Shown here one piece after another: positions 1 to 9,069 of a stretch of 64,000 nucleotides of DNA. Location: the NCBI GenBank assembly GCA_965203175.1, contig OZ241867.1, positions 512,001 to 576,000 of the forward strand, written 5' to 3'. How positions within the stretch are numbered: position 1 is the first letter of the stretch; each line of letters opens with the position of its first letter. The notes under the pieces were generated by a model, which was given only the letters and a program-made list of their open reading frames with translations, ran no database searches and was not told the origin of the DNA. Source of the stretch: Candidatus Latescibacterota bacterium (lineage in GTDB: Bacteria > Latescibacterota > UBA2968 > UBA8231). A program made the translations under genes and the position numbers.

Positions 1-54
1 CTCGAAACCGACGGCACGGCGGCCAAACGCACGCTAGCGGTGGTGCGCGATTGA
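1..54 (+). CDS. 3' end of a gene entering the window (LETDGTAAKRTLAVVRD*)
   Basis: Frame 1 is open to TGA at 52-54, which overlaps the TTG start of the next gene. The tail resembles the KIAVVR* tail of 38752..40815. Confidence 0.5.
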   Translation, partial: LETDGTAAKRTLAVVRD

Positions 55-1985
55 CACCTTCGCCCCCGCGCCGCGTCTCCCTCCGCGCCATTGCCATCGG
101 GGCCCTCGGCTGCCTTGCCATCGCCGTGGGCGAACCTTTCGGCGTCATGGTGATGCGCAGCTCGCCCATGGCCGCCGACTACTCGACCGGCGCGGCCCTG
201 TTCTTGTTTTTTCTTTTCACCTTGCTCATCAACCCGCTCGCCAAATTACTCACCGGCACCAGCTTGCACACCGGCGAGTTGGCCACCGTGTACATAATGA
301 TGGTCGTGGGAGCCGCCATTCCCTCTTGGGGCCTGACCATGAACCTGATTCCGCTCCTCGGCGGGTTCTTTTACTACGCCACCCCGGAAAACGACTGGGC
401 CAATACCATCCAGCCCTACATATCACAACTCTTCGTGCCGGAAGACAGCGCGGCCATCCAAAAACTGTTCGAAGGCATGGCCCAAGGCGAACGCATCCCT
501 TGGGGAGCTTGGGCGACGCCGCTTATGGCGTGGAGCCTGTTTGCTATCAACATGTACTTCACCACGCTGTGCGTGCTCGTCGTGCTGCGCAAGCAATGGG
601 TCGAGCGCGAGCGACTCAACTTCCCGCTGGCCACCCTACCCATAGAAATGAGCGCCCGCGACAAGGACCAAGCCATCGCGCCTTTTTACCGCAATTACCT
701 GACCTGGATTGGCTTTGCCATTCCCGCGCTCATCAGCTCGGTCAACGCCCTGCACCGCTACTTCAACTTCATCCCCTGGATTGACCTCAACCTCTGGGTG
801 CCCTTTTTGCGCCACTCCATCGGGGTCAACTTCCGCCCGCACTTTGAGGTCATCGGCCTCTCCTACTTGCTCAACCTCGACATCTCCATGGGCGTGTGGT
901 TCTTCGCCATGCTCAACATGCTGGCCATTGGCTTGTTCCGCATGACGGGGTGGAACATCGGCCCGGAGCAGCCCTATTCTTCGCCCTCTCCGCCCAGCCT
1001 CGCCCACATCGCCCTCGGCGCATTGTTCTTTCTCGTGCTGTCCAGCTTGTGGAGCGGTCGGCAGCACTTGCGCCAAGTCTGGCGCAAGGCCCTGCGCGGC
1101 GACGACTCCATCGACGACAGTGGGGAATTGCTCCCGTACCGCGTCGCGGTCTTTGGCTTTATCGTCAGCTTTTCCCTCGGCCTGTTCGCGCTCTACGCCA
1201 CCAACATGAACCTGCCGACCGCCTTTGTCTTTCAGTTGTCGGCCCTCGTGATCTTCGTCGGCTTGGCGCGCATCATCTCGCAGGCCGGGCTGGCCTATTG
1301 CCGTGCTCCGGTAGCTCCGGCCGTGTTTACCGTCAACACCCTCGGGTCATCGTCGGTGGGAGCCCCGGGCCTGACGGCGCTGGCGCTCAACTTCCCGTGG
1401 TCTGCCGACATCCGCACCTTCGTCATGGCCTCGGCCGCTACGGGCCTCAAGCTGGCGGAAGTGACGCGCTTAGAGTACCGGCGCGTGTTCTGGGCCATTG
1501 CCGCAGCCATTGTCGTCACCCTCGCCGGCTCAATCACCGCGATCATCCACCTCGCGTACACCTATGGGGGCATCAACTTGAGCGGTTGGCAATTCGGCTA
1601 TATGACGATCTATACTGGCAACTGGATCACCAACAACATCAACAACATGCAGCCCACCCACGTTTGGCATTTGTCCTTTGCCGGCCTCGGCGCATTCTTG
1701 ATGGGCCTGTTGACATTTATCAAAAACCGCTTCGTCGGCTTTCCCATCCACCCCATCGGCTTGGCCATCGGGCTGCCGCATCCCGTGCAGCTAATCTGGC
1801 CGTCGGTTTTTTTCGCTTGGCTGCTCAAGGCGCTCATTCTCAAATACGGCGGTCCCCGGCTCTACACGCGCTTGCGCCCGTTCTTTTTGGGGCTAGTGCT
1901 AGGCGCGTTCGGCTCAGCCGGGTTGTGGATCCTCATCGACCTCTGCACCGGCATGACGGGCAACCGGCTGATCAACATCGGCTAA
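51..1985 (+). CDS. Polytopic membrane protein, DUF6785/DUF6784-like (OPT-like putative transporter)
   Basis: 644 aa with many TM helices. Motifs LRKQWVERERLNFPL, FPIHPIG and KYGG...RPFFLGLVLG are typical of this family. Confidence 0.7.
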   Translation: MTPSPPRRVSLRAIAIGALGCLAIAVGEPFGVMVMRSSPMAADYSTGAALFLFFLFTLLINPLAKLLTGTSLHTGELATVYIMMVVGAAIPSWGLTMNLIPLLGGFFYYATPENDWANTIQPYISQLFVPEDSAAIQKLFEGMAQGERIPWGAWATPLMAWSLFAINMYFTTLCVLVVLRKQWVERERLNFPLATLPIEMSARDKDQAIAPFYRNYLTWIGFAIPALISSVNALHRYFNFIPWIDLNLWVPFLRHSIGVNFRPHFEVIGLSYLLNLDISMGVWFFAMLNMLAIGLFRMTGWNIGPEQPYSSPSPPSLAHIALGALFFLVLSSLWSGRQHLRQVWRKALRGDDSIDDSGELLPYRVAVFGFIVSFSLGLFALYATNMNLPTAFVFQLSALVIFVGLARIISQAGLAYCRAPVAPAVFTVNTLGSSSVGAPGLTALALNFPWSADIRTFVMASAATGLKLAEVTRLEYRRVFWAIAAAIVVTLAGSITAIIHLAYTYGGINLSGWQFGYMTIYTGNWITNNINNMQPTHVWHLSFAGLGAFLMGLLTFIKNRFVGFPIHPIGLAIGLPHPVQLIWPSVFFAWLLKALILKYGGPRLYTRLRPFFLGLVLGAFGSAGLWILIDLCTGMTGNRLINIG

Positions 1986-3010
1986 CCGTGGTCGATGCCG
2001 AGCTTGATCGAACGCTCGGGATGCTGGTCAATCTCTTGATAGGCGTCAGCGGCTGCGGCAAAGGGCACGATCGGATCGATGAGATCGTCGGCTTGCAAAC
2101 GCCCTTCGACCAACAGGGCCAGCGACTCCGCGCGGATGCGGGCGAAATTCCAGCTCGCCTGCGGCAATGGCTCGCTGTTGGCGCGGCTGGAGATGACCTG
2201 AATGCGGTTGCGGTGCCACTCGCCGGCCAAGCGCAAACCCTGCTCCCCGTGGTAATACGCGGTCGAGACCAAGGTGCCAGCGTAGCAAGTCGCGCGCATG
2301 GCGTCTTCAAACGCGCGGTAGGAACCGCTCGTCTCAAAGGCGATGTCCGCGCCGATTTTGTCGGTGTGCTGCTTGATCTCCAAGCCAGCGTCCATGGCCA
2401 CCGGATCCAGCGCCAAGTCCGCGGCGTGGCGCAGGGCCGCGGCGCGGCGGCGCTCAATGGGATCGACGACCGCCACCCAGCGCGCACCGCACAGCCGCGC
2501 GGCCTGTGCAACCATCAGCCCAATGGCACCGAGTCCGAAGACGGCGACGCGATCCCCCAAGCGCACCGCGCCATCGCGCACCGCACCCACAGCAAAGTCG
2601 GCCGGATCCCAATACATAATGGCTTGCGGCGAGATTCTGTCGGGAGCCTTTTGCACGCGCGCCGCCGCTACAGTGTGCGTCTCGCGGATGGGCAAATGCG
2701 CGAAGACCCGGTCGCCTTCTCGCAGCGTGGAGACCTCGGCACCTACTTCGATGACCGAGCCCAAGCACATGTTGCCGAGGCGACGGGGGAAACCACTAGC
2801 TGCGGATTCGCCGCGGCGGTGCAAGCGCAGTTCGCCGTCCCAGCGGTCGGAAGCGTCGGGCGTGTCGGCGCGGAAACCGCGCAACTCAGTTCCGTGCTTG
2901 ACCGAGCTGAAGAGGCTTTGGACGCGGATTTCATCCGGGGCTAAGGGCGGTTCTTGGTACGAGCTGAGGACCGCGTGACCGGGGCGGTCGGCAATCAATT
3001 CGAGTGGCAT
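1982..3010 (-). CDS. Zinc-binding (MDR) alcohol dehydrogenase-like protein
   Basis: SSVKHGTE motif, Rossmann VAVFGLGAIG, FETSG. Confidence 0.85.
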   Translation of the reverse strand: MPLELIADRPGHAVLSSYQEPPLAPDEIRVQSLFSSVKHGTELRGFRADTPDASDRWDGELRLHRRGESAASGFPRRLGNMCLGSVIEVGAEVSTLREGDRVFAHLPIRETHTVAAARVQKAPDRISPQAIMYWDPADFAVGAVRDGAVRLGDRVAVFGLGAIGLMVAQAARLCGARWVAVVDPIERRRAAALRHAADLALDPVAMDAGLEIKQHTDKIGADIAFETSGSYRAFEDAMRATCYAGTLVSTAYYHGEQGLRLAGEWHRNRIQVISSRANSEPLPQASWNFARIRAESLALLVEGRLQADDLIDPIVPFAAAADAYQEIDQHPERSIKLGIDHG

Positions 3011-3110
3011 GAGGTAAACTCCTGAGAAAGGTTAAGCCGCGTTGACGTAGACAGGCGTTTGCAACCCGCCCCTGCCAACGCATATTTGTCAACATAACCT
3101 GATTAATAAA

Positions 3111-4220
3111 ATGAACGCCTACCAACACTTCGTCCGCCCCCTCCTGTTCCACTGTGATCCAGAGCGCATCCACGAGCAAACCCTCGCGCTTGCCGAGCGA
3201 GTCGGTTCTTCCGCGCTTGGCCGCCATCTGCTTGCCAGTCTCTTTGCCTTTGCAGACGCGCGGTTGACGACCCAAGTGGGCGGCTTACACTTTGCCAATC
3301 CGCTGGGCATGGCCGCGGGGTTCGACAAAAACGGCCGGGTGATCCAAGCGCTTGCGGCCATGGGCTTTGGATTCGTGGAGGTGGGATCGGTATCGGCGCA
3401 TCCTTCGGCTGGGAATCCGCGGCTGCGCTTGTTCCGCCTGCCATTGGACGAGGCCATTGTGGTCAACTACGGAGTGCCCAATGACGGAGCCGCAATCGTG
3501 GCAGATCGCGTGTCCCAGCGGCCAATCGCCGCACCCTTGGGGATCAACCTAGTCGAAACCAATACTGGGCAGGCCATCGAGCCAGATGCGGTCGTGGCGG
3601 AGCTAGCCGCGGCTCTAGTGCCCTTTGTGGGGCGAGCCGACTACATTGCGTTCAACCTCAATTGTCCGAACACGACCGGCGGCGTCAGTCCCTTTACCAG
3701 CGGGGAGCACTTGCGCGACTTGCTGCGGGAATGCGCTGCCGTCGACGACCTGCCCCCAATCTTTCTCAAGCTCACGGCGCACACCGACTCGGCGCGGCTG
3801 GACTGGATGCTGGAGACGGTTGACCCTTTTGCCTTCGTCAAGGGCTTCATCTTCAACCTGCCGCCGGGAACGAATTATCCGCTCAAGTCGCCAGCCCATC
3901 TCCTGGCTTCACTGCCCGGGACCTTGTGCGGCCGACCCGTTCAAGCCCTGATCGACGAAACCGTGCGCTTTTGGTATGGGCGCATCGACCGCCAGCGGCA
4001 CGCGATTATCGGCGTGGGAGGGATTTCATCGGCCTGCGACGCATACCGCAAAATTCGCCTCGGAGCTTCGCTGGTGCAGCTATACTCAGCGCTGGTCTTC
4101 AGGGGGCCGGGAGTCGTGCGGCAAATCAACGTGGGGCTAGCACACCTGTTGGAGCGCGATGGATTTGCCCAAGTGGCAGACGCGGTCGGCATCGACAACC
4201 AAGCAAAAGCAGCGGTGTAG
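3111..4220 (+). CDS. pyrD: Dihydroorotate dehydrogenase (quinone, class 2-like), divergent active-site motifs
   Basis: DPERIHE N-terminus, NPLGMAAGFDKNG, GNPRLRLFRL, IIGVGGI, GASLVQLYSALVFRGP. Confidence 0.8.
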   Translation: MNAYQHFVRPLLFHCDPERIHEQTLALAERVGSSALGRHLLASLFAFADARLTTQVGGLHFANPLGMAAGFDKNGRVIQALAAMGFGFVEVGSVSAHPSAGNPRLRLFRLPLDEAIVVNYGVPNDGAAIVADRVSQRPIAAPLGINLVETNTGQAIEPDAVVAELAAALVPFVGRADYIAFNLNCPNTTGGVSPFTSGEHLRDLLRECAAVDDLPPIFLKLTAHTDSARLDWMLETVDPFAFVKGFIFNLPPGTNYPLKSPAHLLASLPGTLCGRPVQALIDETVRFWYGRIDRQRHAIIGVGGISSACDAYRKIRLGASLVQLYSALVFRGPGVVRQINVGLAHLLERDGFAQVADAVGIDNQAKAAV

Positions 4221-4226
4221 CCATAC

Positions 4227-5114
4227 CTACCGAATGCGGGGATTGATCTGCAAATCCCACGCGCGCCAGTAGTACTTGAGCGGGTCGTCTGCGTCCCACT
4301 TGGCGTAAAGGTCTTCCCAATCCGTAAAGTGCATGTGCGGCTCCAGCGAGTCTTCGCGGACGGGGTGGCTCATGGGCTGGTAGCGATAGTCGAGCGAAAT
4401 GCGCAGGCGGTCGCCACTTTCGTTGTCTTGGCCCTGATGCGCCGTCAGACTGTGGCATATAAGCACATCGCCGGCGACAAAATCGCCGCCCGCCCACAAC
4501 GTGTCCTCGGGCAGCATCACGGCATGGCCTCCCGCGCCGGTCGCCTGTTTAACGTCTAGCTGGCCCAGCTTGTGGCTGCCCGGTGCCACCGCCAAACTGC
4601 CTAGCGTGGTCGGACAGTCGCCGGCCGGGATCCACGCGGTCCACGTCTCATCGGTGCCGCCGATGTAGAAATTGTCCTGGTGCGGCGGGGTGGTGTGAGT
4701 CAGGGCGTTGGGAAAAATTACCCGGCAGATATTGCGGCTGTGGGGCAGGGCATCCTCGCCGAAGAGCGTGGCAAACATCCCCAAGATCGCCGGATGCAGC
4801 GCCAAAGCGTTGAAGGCACGCAACCGCTGGACATCCGTGTAAAAGGCGATCCACTCGGGCGAAGTGCCTTCGACGAAAAGCTCTCCGTCGCGCGAGACTC
4901 CATCCATCAAGGGCGCGTCGTCATCAAGCCAACCGTGCTGCTGACAAACTCCGAGGATCTGGCGGCGCAGGTCCAGCACCGACTCTGTATCCAGCAGCGA
5001 GCGAAAGAACAGATAGCCCTGCTCGGCCGCGCGTTCGCTCAAGGCGTCGGGCGCGTCGAGCAGGGGGGTGGAATCGACAAAAGGTTCGACGTTGGTCATG
5101 GTTTGCTGGGCCAT
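4227..5114 (-). CDS. Phytanoyl-CoA dioxygenase (PhyH) family Fe(II)/2OG oxygenase
   Basis: GYLFFR, TPPHQD (HxD), TAWIP, PGSHK, distal His AHQG, RISLDYRYQ. Start placed at ATG 5114 (MAQQTM), downstream of the previous gene's stop. Confidence 0.85.
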   Translation of the reverse strand: MAQQTMTNVEPFVDSTPLLDAPDALSERAAEQGYLFFRSLLDTESVLDLRRQILGVCQQHGWLDDDAPLMDGVSRDGELFVEGTSPEWIAFYTDVQRLRAFNALALHPAILGMFATLFGEDALPHSRNICRVIFPNALTHTTPPHQDNFYIGGTDETWTAWIPAGDCPTTLGSLAVAPGSHKLGQLDVKQATGAGGHAVMLPEDTLWAGGDFVAGDVLICHSLTAHQGQDNESGDRLRISLDYRYQPMSHPVREDSLEPHMHFTDWEDLYAKWDADDPLKYYWRAWDLQINPRIR

Positions 5115-5118
5115 TGAA

Positions 5119-5571
5119 TCACTCCTCTTCTTTGTCCCAAAAAGCGTGTAAGATGGCGATGTACTCGTCGGAAAGTCCGTGCTCAATCGCACCCTGGATG
5201 ACGGCGTTGAGATATTCCTCCGAGGGCGGATAGTGGTGTCCAGCGTCGAGCCGGGGGAGATACGTCCAAACTTCGCCAAACCCAGGTATCGTTATCTCAT
5301 CCCGCCGGTACTTGGTGCCCTCGCTTTCGTAGTGGTCGAGGCGTCTGAAGTCGTCCTCAGTCATTGCATAGACAACGCCTTCGACGTACGCGTCCTCGTT
5401 GGGCCGGATACTGGCCACGCCCATGCCGCTGCGCGTAAAGGAAATCATCGGGAAACACAGCTCGTAACCTTCCAGGCGCACCACAGAGTGGACGCGGGCA
5501 CCTGGACAGCGGGCCTGCATCTGGCTTTGGAGCAAGTTGGACCCATAGGCGAAGTAGAGCATTTCGGCCAT
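5119..5571 (-). CDS. Gamma-glutamylcyclotransferase (AIG2-like) family protein
   Basis: YFAYGSNL, VEGVVY, LDHYE, PSEEYL...GA.EHGL. Confidence 0.9.
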   Translation of the reverse strand: MAEMLYFAYGSNLLQSQMQARCPGARVHSVVRLEGYELCFPMISFTRSGMGVASIRPNEDAYVEGVVYAMTEDDFRRLDHYESEGTKYRRDEITIPGFGEVWTYLPRLDAGHHYPPSEEYLNAVIQGAIEHGLSDEYIAILHAFWDKEEE

Positions 5572-5613
5572 TACCCGACCTCCTTCGGTTGGGGGAGAGC
5601 TATCCCGCGCAAG

Positions 5614-6786
5614 CTACCACCCCTTCCACGAGCCATCGGCGTGCCGGTACTGGCGATAGGCCATCGGCTCGTAGGGCAGCACGGCTAGATCGGCTTCCTT
5701 GACCTCAACGCCGAGGCCGGGCGCGTCGGAGAGGGCAATATGGCCATCCTCAACGCGCCAATCGTGCTCGACATAGCGGTCGTACATCGAAAGCCAGAAG
5801 TGGTTGGTCTCTTGGATGAGAAAATTGCCCATCAGCGCATCGGCTTGTAGGGTCGCCGCCGTGCAGAGGGGGCCACCGGCGTTGTGCGGGGCCATCAGCA
5901 TCTGTTCGGCTTCGGCGGCGCGGGCGATTTCGAGCAGATGCGCGATGCCAAAACAGTGGGTGAGATCCGGCTGCAAATAGGCGCAGGCGCGCTCGGCGAT
6001 TAAGGGATGAAATTGTCCTAACGTAAAGAGCTTCTCGCCGGTGGCGATGGGGACGGGGCTTTTGCGCGTCACTTCCAAAAGGGCCTCCACCGAGCCGGTT
6101 TTGACCGGCTCTTCGAGCAGCAGCGGGCGGCAGACCGCGGTGCGCCGCGCAAATTCGACGCTCATTTCGGGGGTGGGACTACCGTGGGCGTCGAGGAGGA
6201 TGTCGAACCCAGCACCCACTTCCCGCCGCATTGCTTTGACGCAAGCGACCGAATGGTCAATGGCTTCTCCATCCATCGGCCACGTGCGACCCTCCAAGGG
6301 ATTGCCTTTGACGCCGGCAAAGCCCTGGTATTGGATCCGACGCGCGCCCGCGGCGGCTTGTTCCGGCGAGGCAAAGCTGCCGCCGTTGCTATAGACGCGG
6401 ATTTTGTCGCGCCGCTTGCCACCCAGCAGAGTGTGCACCGGCACGCCCCAAGCCTTGCCCGCTAGGTCGTGCAAGGCGGCGTCAATCGCGGCGATGGCCG
6501 TGCCGAAAACCGGACCGCCCTTCCACGGCAGGCGATCTTGGATATCCTCGGTTAATGCGCGATAGTGGAGCGGATCGCGGTCCAAGAGCAACTCTTCCCA
6601 CGCGGCGAGCGTGGCCTCGACCGAGGGCACCAGCCACTCGCCACTGCCCTCGCCCCAGCCACTGAGGCCGACATCCGTCTCGATCTTGAAGAAGAGCCAC
6701 GTCTTGGAAGAACTGGCAATCAGCGCGGCGGTGTCTTGGCCCGTGGGGACGCTGAATTTGTAGGTTTTGGTCGCGGTGATTTTCAC
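5614..6786 (-). CDS. Mandelate racemase/muconate lactonizing family enzyme (galactonate dehydratase-like)
   Basis: IETDVGLSGWGEG, DLAGKAWGVPVHTLLGG, D/E/E metal ligands (LLDAHG, EEP, TGEK), APHN, PGLGVE. Confidence 0.9.
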   Translation of the reverse strand: MKITATKTYKFSVPTGQDTAALIASSSKTWLFFKIETDVGLSGWGEGSGEWLVPSVEATLAAWEELLLDRDPLHYRALTEDIQDRLPWKGGPVFGTAIAAIDAALHDLAGKAWGVPVHTLLGGKRRDKIRVYSNGGSFASPEQAAAGARRIQYQGFAGVKGNPLEGRTWPMDGEAIDHSVACVKAMRREVGAGFDILLDAHGSPTPEMSVEFARRTAVCRPLLLEEPVKTGSVEALLEVTRKSPVPIATGEKLFTLGQFHPLIAERACAYLQPDLTHCFGIAHLLEIARAAEAEQMLMAPHNAGGPLCTAATLQADALMGNFLIQETNHFWLSMYDRYVEHDWRVEDGHIALSDAPGLGVEVKEADLAVLPYEPMAYRQYRHADGSWKGW

Positions 6787-6874
6787 GGCCGCATCCTCTG
6801 GATTTTGACAAGGAGTGCGGATATAGTACCATTCAGGCTCACCGCACGCAAACCTTCATCTCCTCTGAGGAATC

Positions 6875-7963
6875 ATGGCCCAACAACGCTTTCAACGCAC
6901 CGCACCCAGCGACCTGCTCCGCGTCGGAGTGATCACCGGCCCCGGCGGCCACACCCTCAACATCTGGGGCGAAAAGATGAATCCCCCGCCCGGCGTCCTC
7001 CGCACGACGGGCATGATAATGACCTGCGCTTGGTGCCTCGACGCGGAGATGGGTCAGCGCTTTGCAGAAAAGTACCCCGAGGTCCGCATGGTCGCCGATC
7101 CCCGGGACATGATCGGCCAAATCGACGGAGTGTACATCGACGACATCAACGCGATCTCGCTCTATCCCCTGTTGGCGCGGCCCTTTCTCGAAGCGGGCAT
7201 TCCAACTTTTGTCAATCGTCCCTTTGCCACTTCTATGGCCAAGGGGCGGGAAATGGTGGAAACAGCAGACCAACACGGCACGGCGCTATTGACCGCCTCG
7301 ACGTGGGAGTTTTCCGAGAGTGCGGGCGATTTGCGCGCCAAGGCCGCGGATCTGCCCGACATCAAGGGCTATGTGGCGCACAACTCCATGAGCGATTACT
7401 ACTCTCACGGCCTGCACGGCGTCTGGTACATCCACTCGATTTTGCGCGACGAGATCGCCAAGGGACGGGGCCGACTGCGCGCCGCTGCGTACCACACCCC
7501 CAACTGGCGGGTTCCCGGCGGAATGATCGCCTACGAGCACGAGAGTCCGACGCGCCCGTACTACGGGGCGCTGCACATGAGCTCGGGTGCCGACGGCAAC
7601 GCCTATATGCGGATCTTCGGCGACCACCGAGGCGATGCCGAGGGACGGATTCCGAGTCGGGCCGGCTACTTCATGTACAACGCTTGGAACGCGCTCCAGC
7701 TCGGGATTCAGGAAATGTTCGAGACCGGCCAGTCGCCGGAGACGGGCGAGCAGCTTTTGGAGAAGCTGATGATGTTTCTCCTGCCCTTCTATTCGGCGTT
7801 GGAGCGCGGCGGCGCCATGGTGCAGCGGGAGGAATTGGGCGACTGGGAGGTGCCGCCCCCGTCCGCCGTGCTCATGGAAGACGGCCAGCCGACCGACAGT
7901 GCTTTTGCATCGCCCTACACCCAAGCCCAGCTCACAGAAGCAGCGCAGATGCTGGGAAAATAA
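6875..7963 (+). CDS. Divergent Gfo/Idh/MocA-like oxidoreductase
   Basis: N-terminal LRVGVI Rossmann-like strand, DMIGQIDGV, LARPFLEAGIPTFVNRPFA. AGGA RBS. Confidence 0.55.
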   Translation: MAQQRFQRTAPSDLLRVGVITGPGGHTLNIWGEKMNPPPGVLRTTGMIMTCAWCLDAEMGQRFAEKYPEVRMVADPRDMIGQIDGVYIDDINAISLYPLLARPFLEAGIPTFVNRPFATSMAKGREMVETADQHGTALLTASTWEFSESAGDLRAKAADLPDIKGYVAHNSMSDYYSHGLHGVWYIHSILRDEIAKGRGRLRAAAYHTPNWRVPGGMIAYEHESPTRPYYGALHMSSGADGNAYMRIFGDHRGDAEGRIPSRAGYFMYNAWNALQLGIQEMFETGQSPETGEQLLEKLMMFLLPFYSALERGGAMVQREELGDWEVPPPSAVLMEDGQPTDSAFASPYTQAQLTEAAQMLGK

Positions 7964-7977
7964 AAAGGAAAACACCC

Positions 7978-9069
7978 GTGAAAGCTTGGCGTTTCTATGC
8001 CTTCGGCGACATGCGGCTCGACGACATTGAGCTAGCGCCCTGCCCACCCGACCACGTGTTAGTCGAGCCGCTGGTAGTCCAACCCAGCGCCACCGAAGCC
8101 CAACTCGCCTTTGGAATTCCAACCCTAGCGTACGACCACGTCAAGAGCCGGCTGGAGACAGACGCGCCACTCCAGCTCTTCGGCCACGAGTTTTGCGCCC
8201 GGATCGTAGAAGTCGGCTCAGCCGTCGCCGGCTACGCACCCGGCGACCGCGTGGCAGCCCGCGCCAAGCTGCCCTGCGGCGACTGCCCCATGTGCCACTC
8301 CCAGCGCAGCGACGACTGCCGACTCGGTCCGATCATCGGCTTCCAACTGCCCGGCTGCTTTGCCGAGCGCGCCCTGCTCCCGGCCATCGCGTTGGTCAAA
8401 GTCGATGACCGCATCTCCGACAGCGAGGCTGCCACCCTACAATCGCTGAGCGACAGCATCGCCGGAGTCGAGACCGCGCAGATCCGGCCAGGCGATTCCG
8501 TCGCCGTCTTTGGCCAAGGTAGCATGGGCATCGAGAGCATGCAGGCCGCACGCGCCTGCGGCGCTGGCCAGCTCATCACCGTGGACGTGCGGCCCGAGGC
8601 GTGCGATATCTCGCTCGCGCTAGGGGCCGATTGCGCAATCAACGCCAGCGAGGACGATCCAGTCGAAGCAATCCGCGACCTGACCGGCGGCGAGGGTGCC
8701 GACGTGGTATTCGAGTGCGCCGGCGGCAGCGTCAAACTAGGGCTAGCCGGCGACCGGGCGCTCAAACAGGCCATGCACGCGGTGCGCTCCGGCGGCAAGC
8801 TAGTGGGCGTCTCCTGGTTTGGCGGCCCCCTAGAACTGGATGTGGACCTGATGCGGGAACGCAGTCTGCGCTACCTCTTCCCGGACATCAGCTCACAGGC
8901 CCATCTAGAGTACACAGTGCGGCTAGTGGCCTCGGGACGCATCAGCATGAAACCCACCATCCGGCACGTATTAGAGGGAATCGATAAGGTACCGGAGGCA
9001 TTTGAAATCACCGCGCACAAAGCCCAGTACCAAGCCATCAACCCCGCACAAGTCGTGATCGCCACCTAG
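7978..9069 (+). CDS. Zinc-binding alcohol dehydrogenase (threonine/sorbitol DH-like)
   Basis: GTG start after AAGGA, FGHEF, structural Zn CxxCxxC...C, VFGQGSMG, VVFECAG. Confidence 0.88.
   Translation: MKAWRFYAFGDMRLDDIELAPCPPDHVLVEPLVVQPSATEAQLAFGIPTLAYDHVKSRLETDAPLQLFGHEFCARIVEVGSAVAGYAPGDRVAARAKLPCGDCPMCHSQRSDDCRLGPIIGFQLPGCFAERALLPAIALVKVDDRISDSEAATLQSLSDSIAGVETAQIRPGDSVAVFGQGSMGIESMQAARACGAGQLITVDVRPEACDISLALGADCAINASEDDPVEAIRDLTGGEGADVVFECAGGSVKLGLAGDRALKQAMHAVRSGGKLVGVSWFGGPLELDVDLMRERSLRYLFPDISSQAHLEYTVRLVASGRISMKPTIRHVLEGIDKVPEAFEITAHKAQYQAINPAQVVIAT

Noticed and set aside
896-2944. 682-aa + strand ORF
   Set aside because: Off-frame/antisense shadow of two well-supported genes, with Arg/Pro-rich GC-frame composition.
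6565-7977. N-terminal extension making an 834-aa ADH 'fusion'
   Set aside because: Overlaps real genes in another frame. The ADH starts at GTG 7978 with its own RBS.
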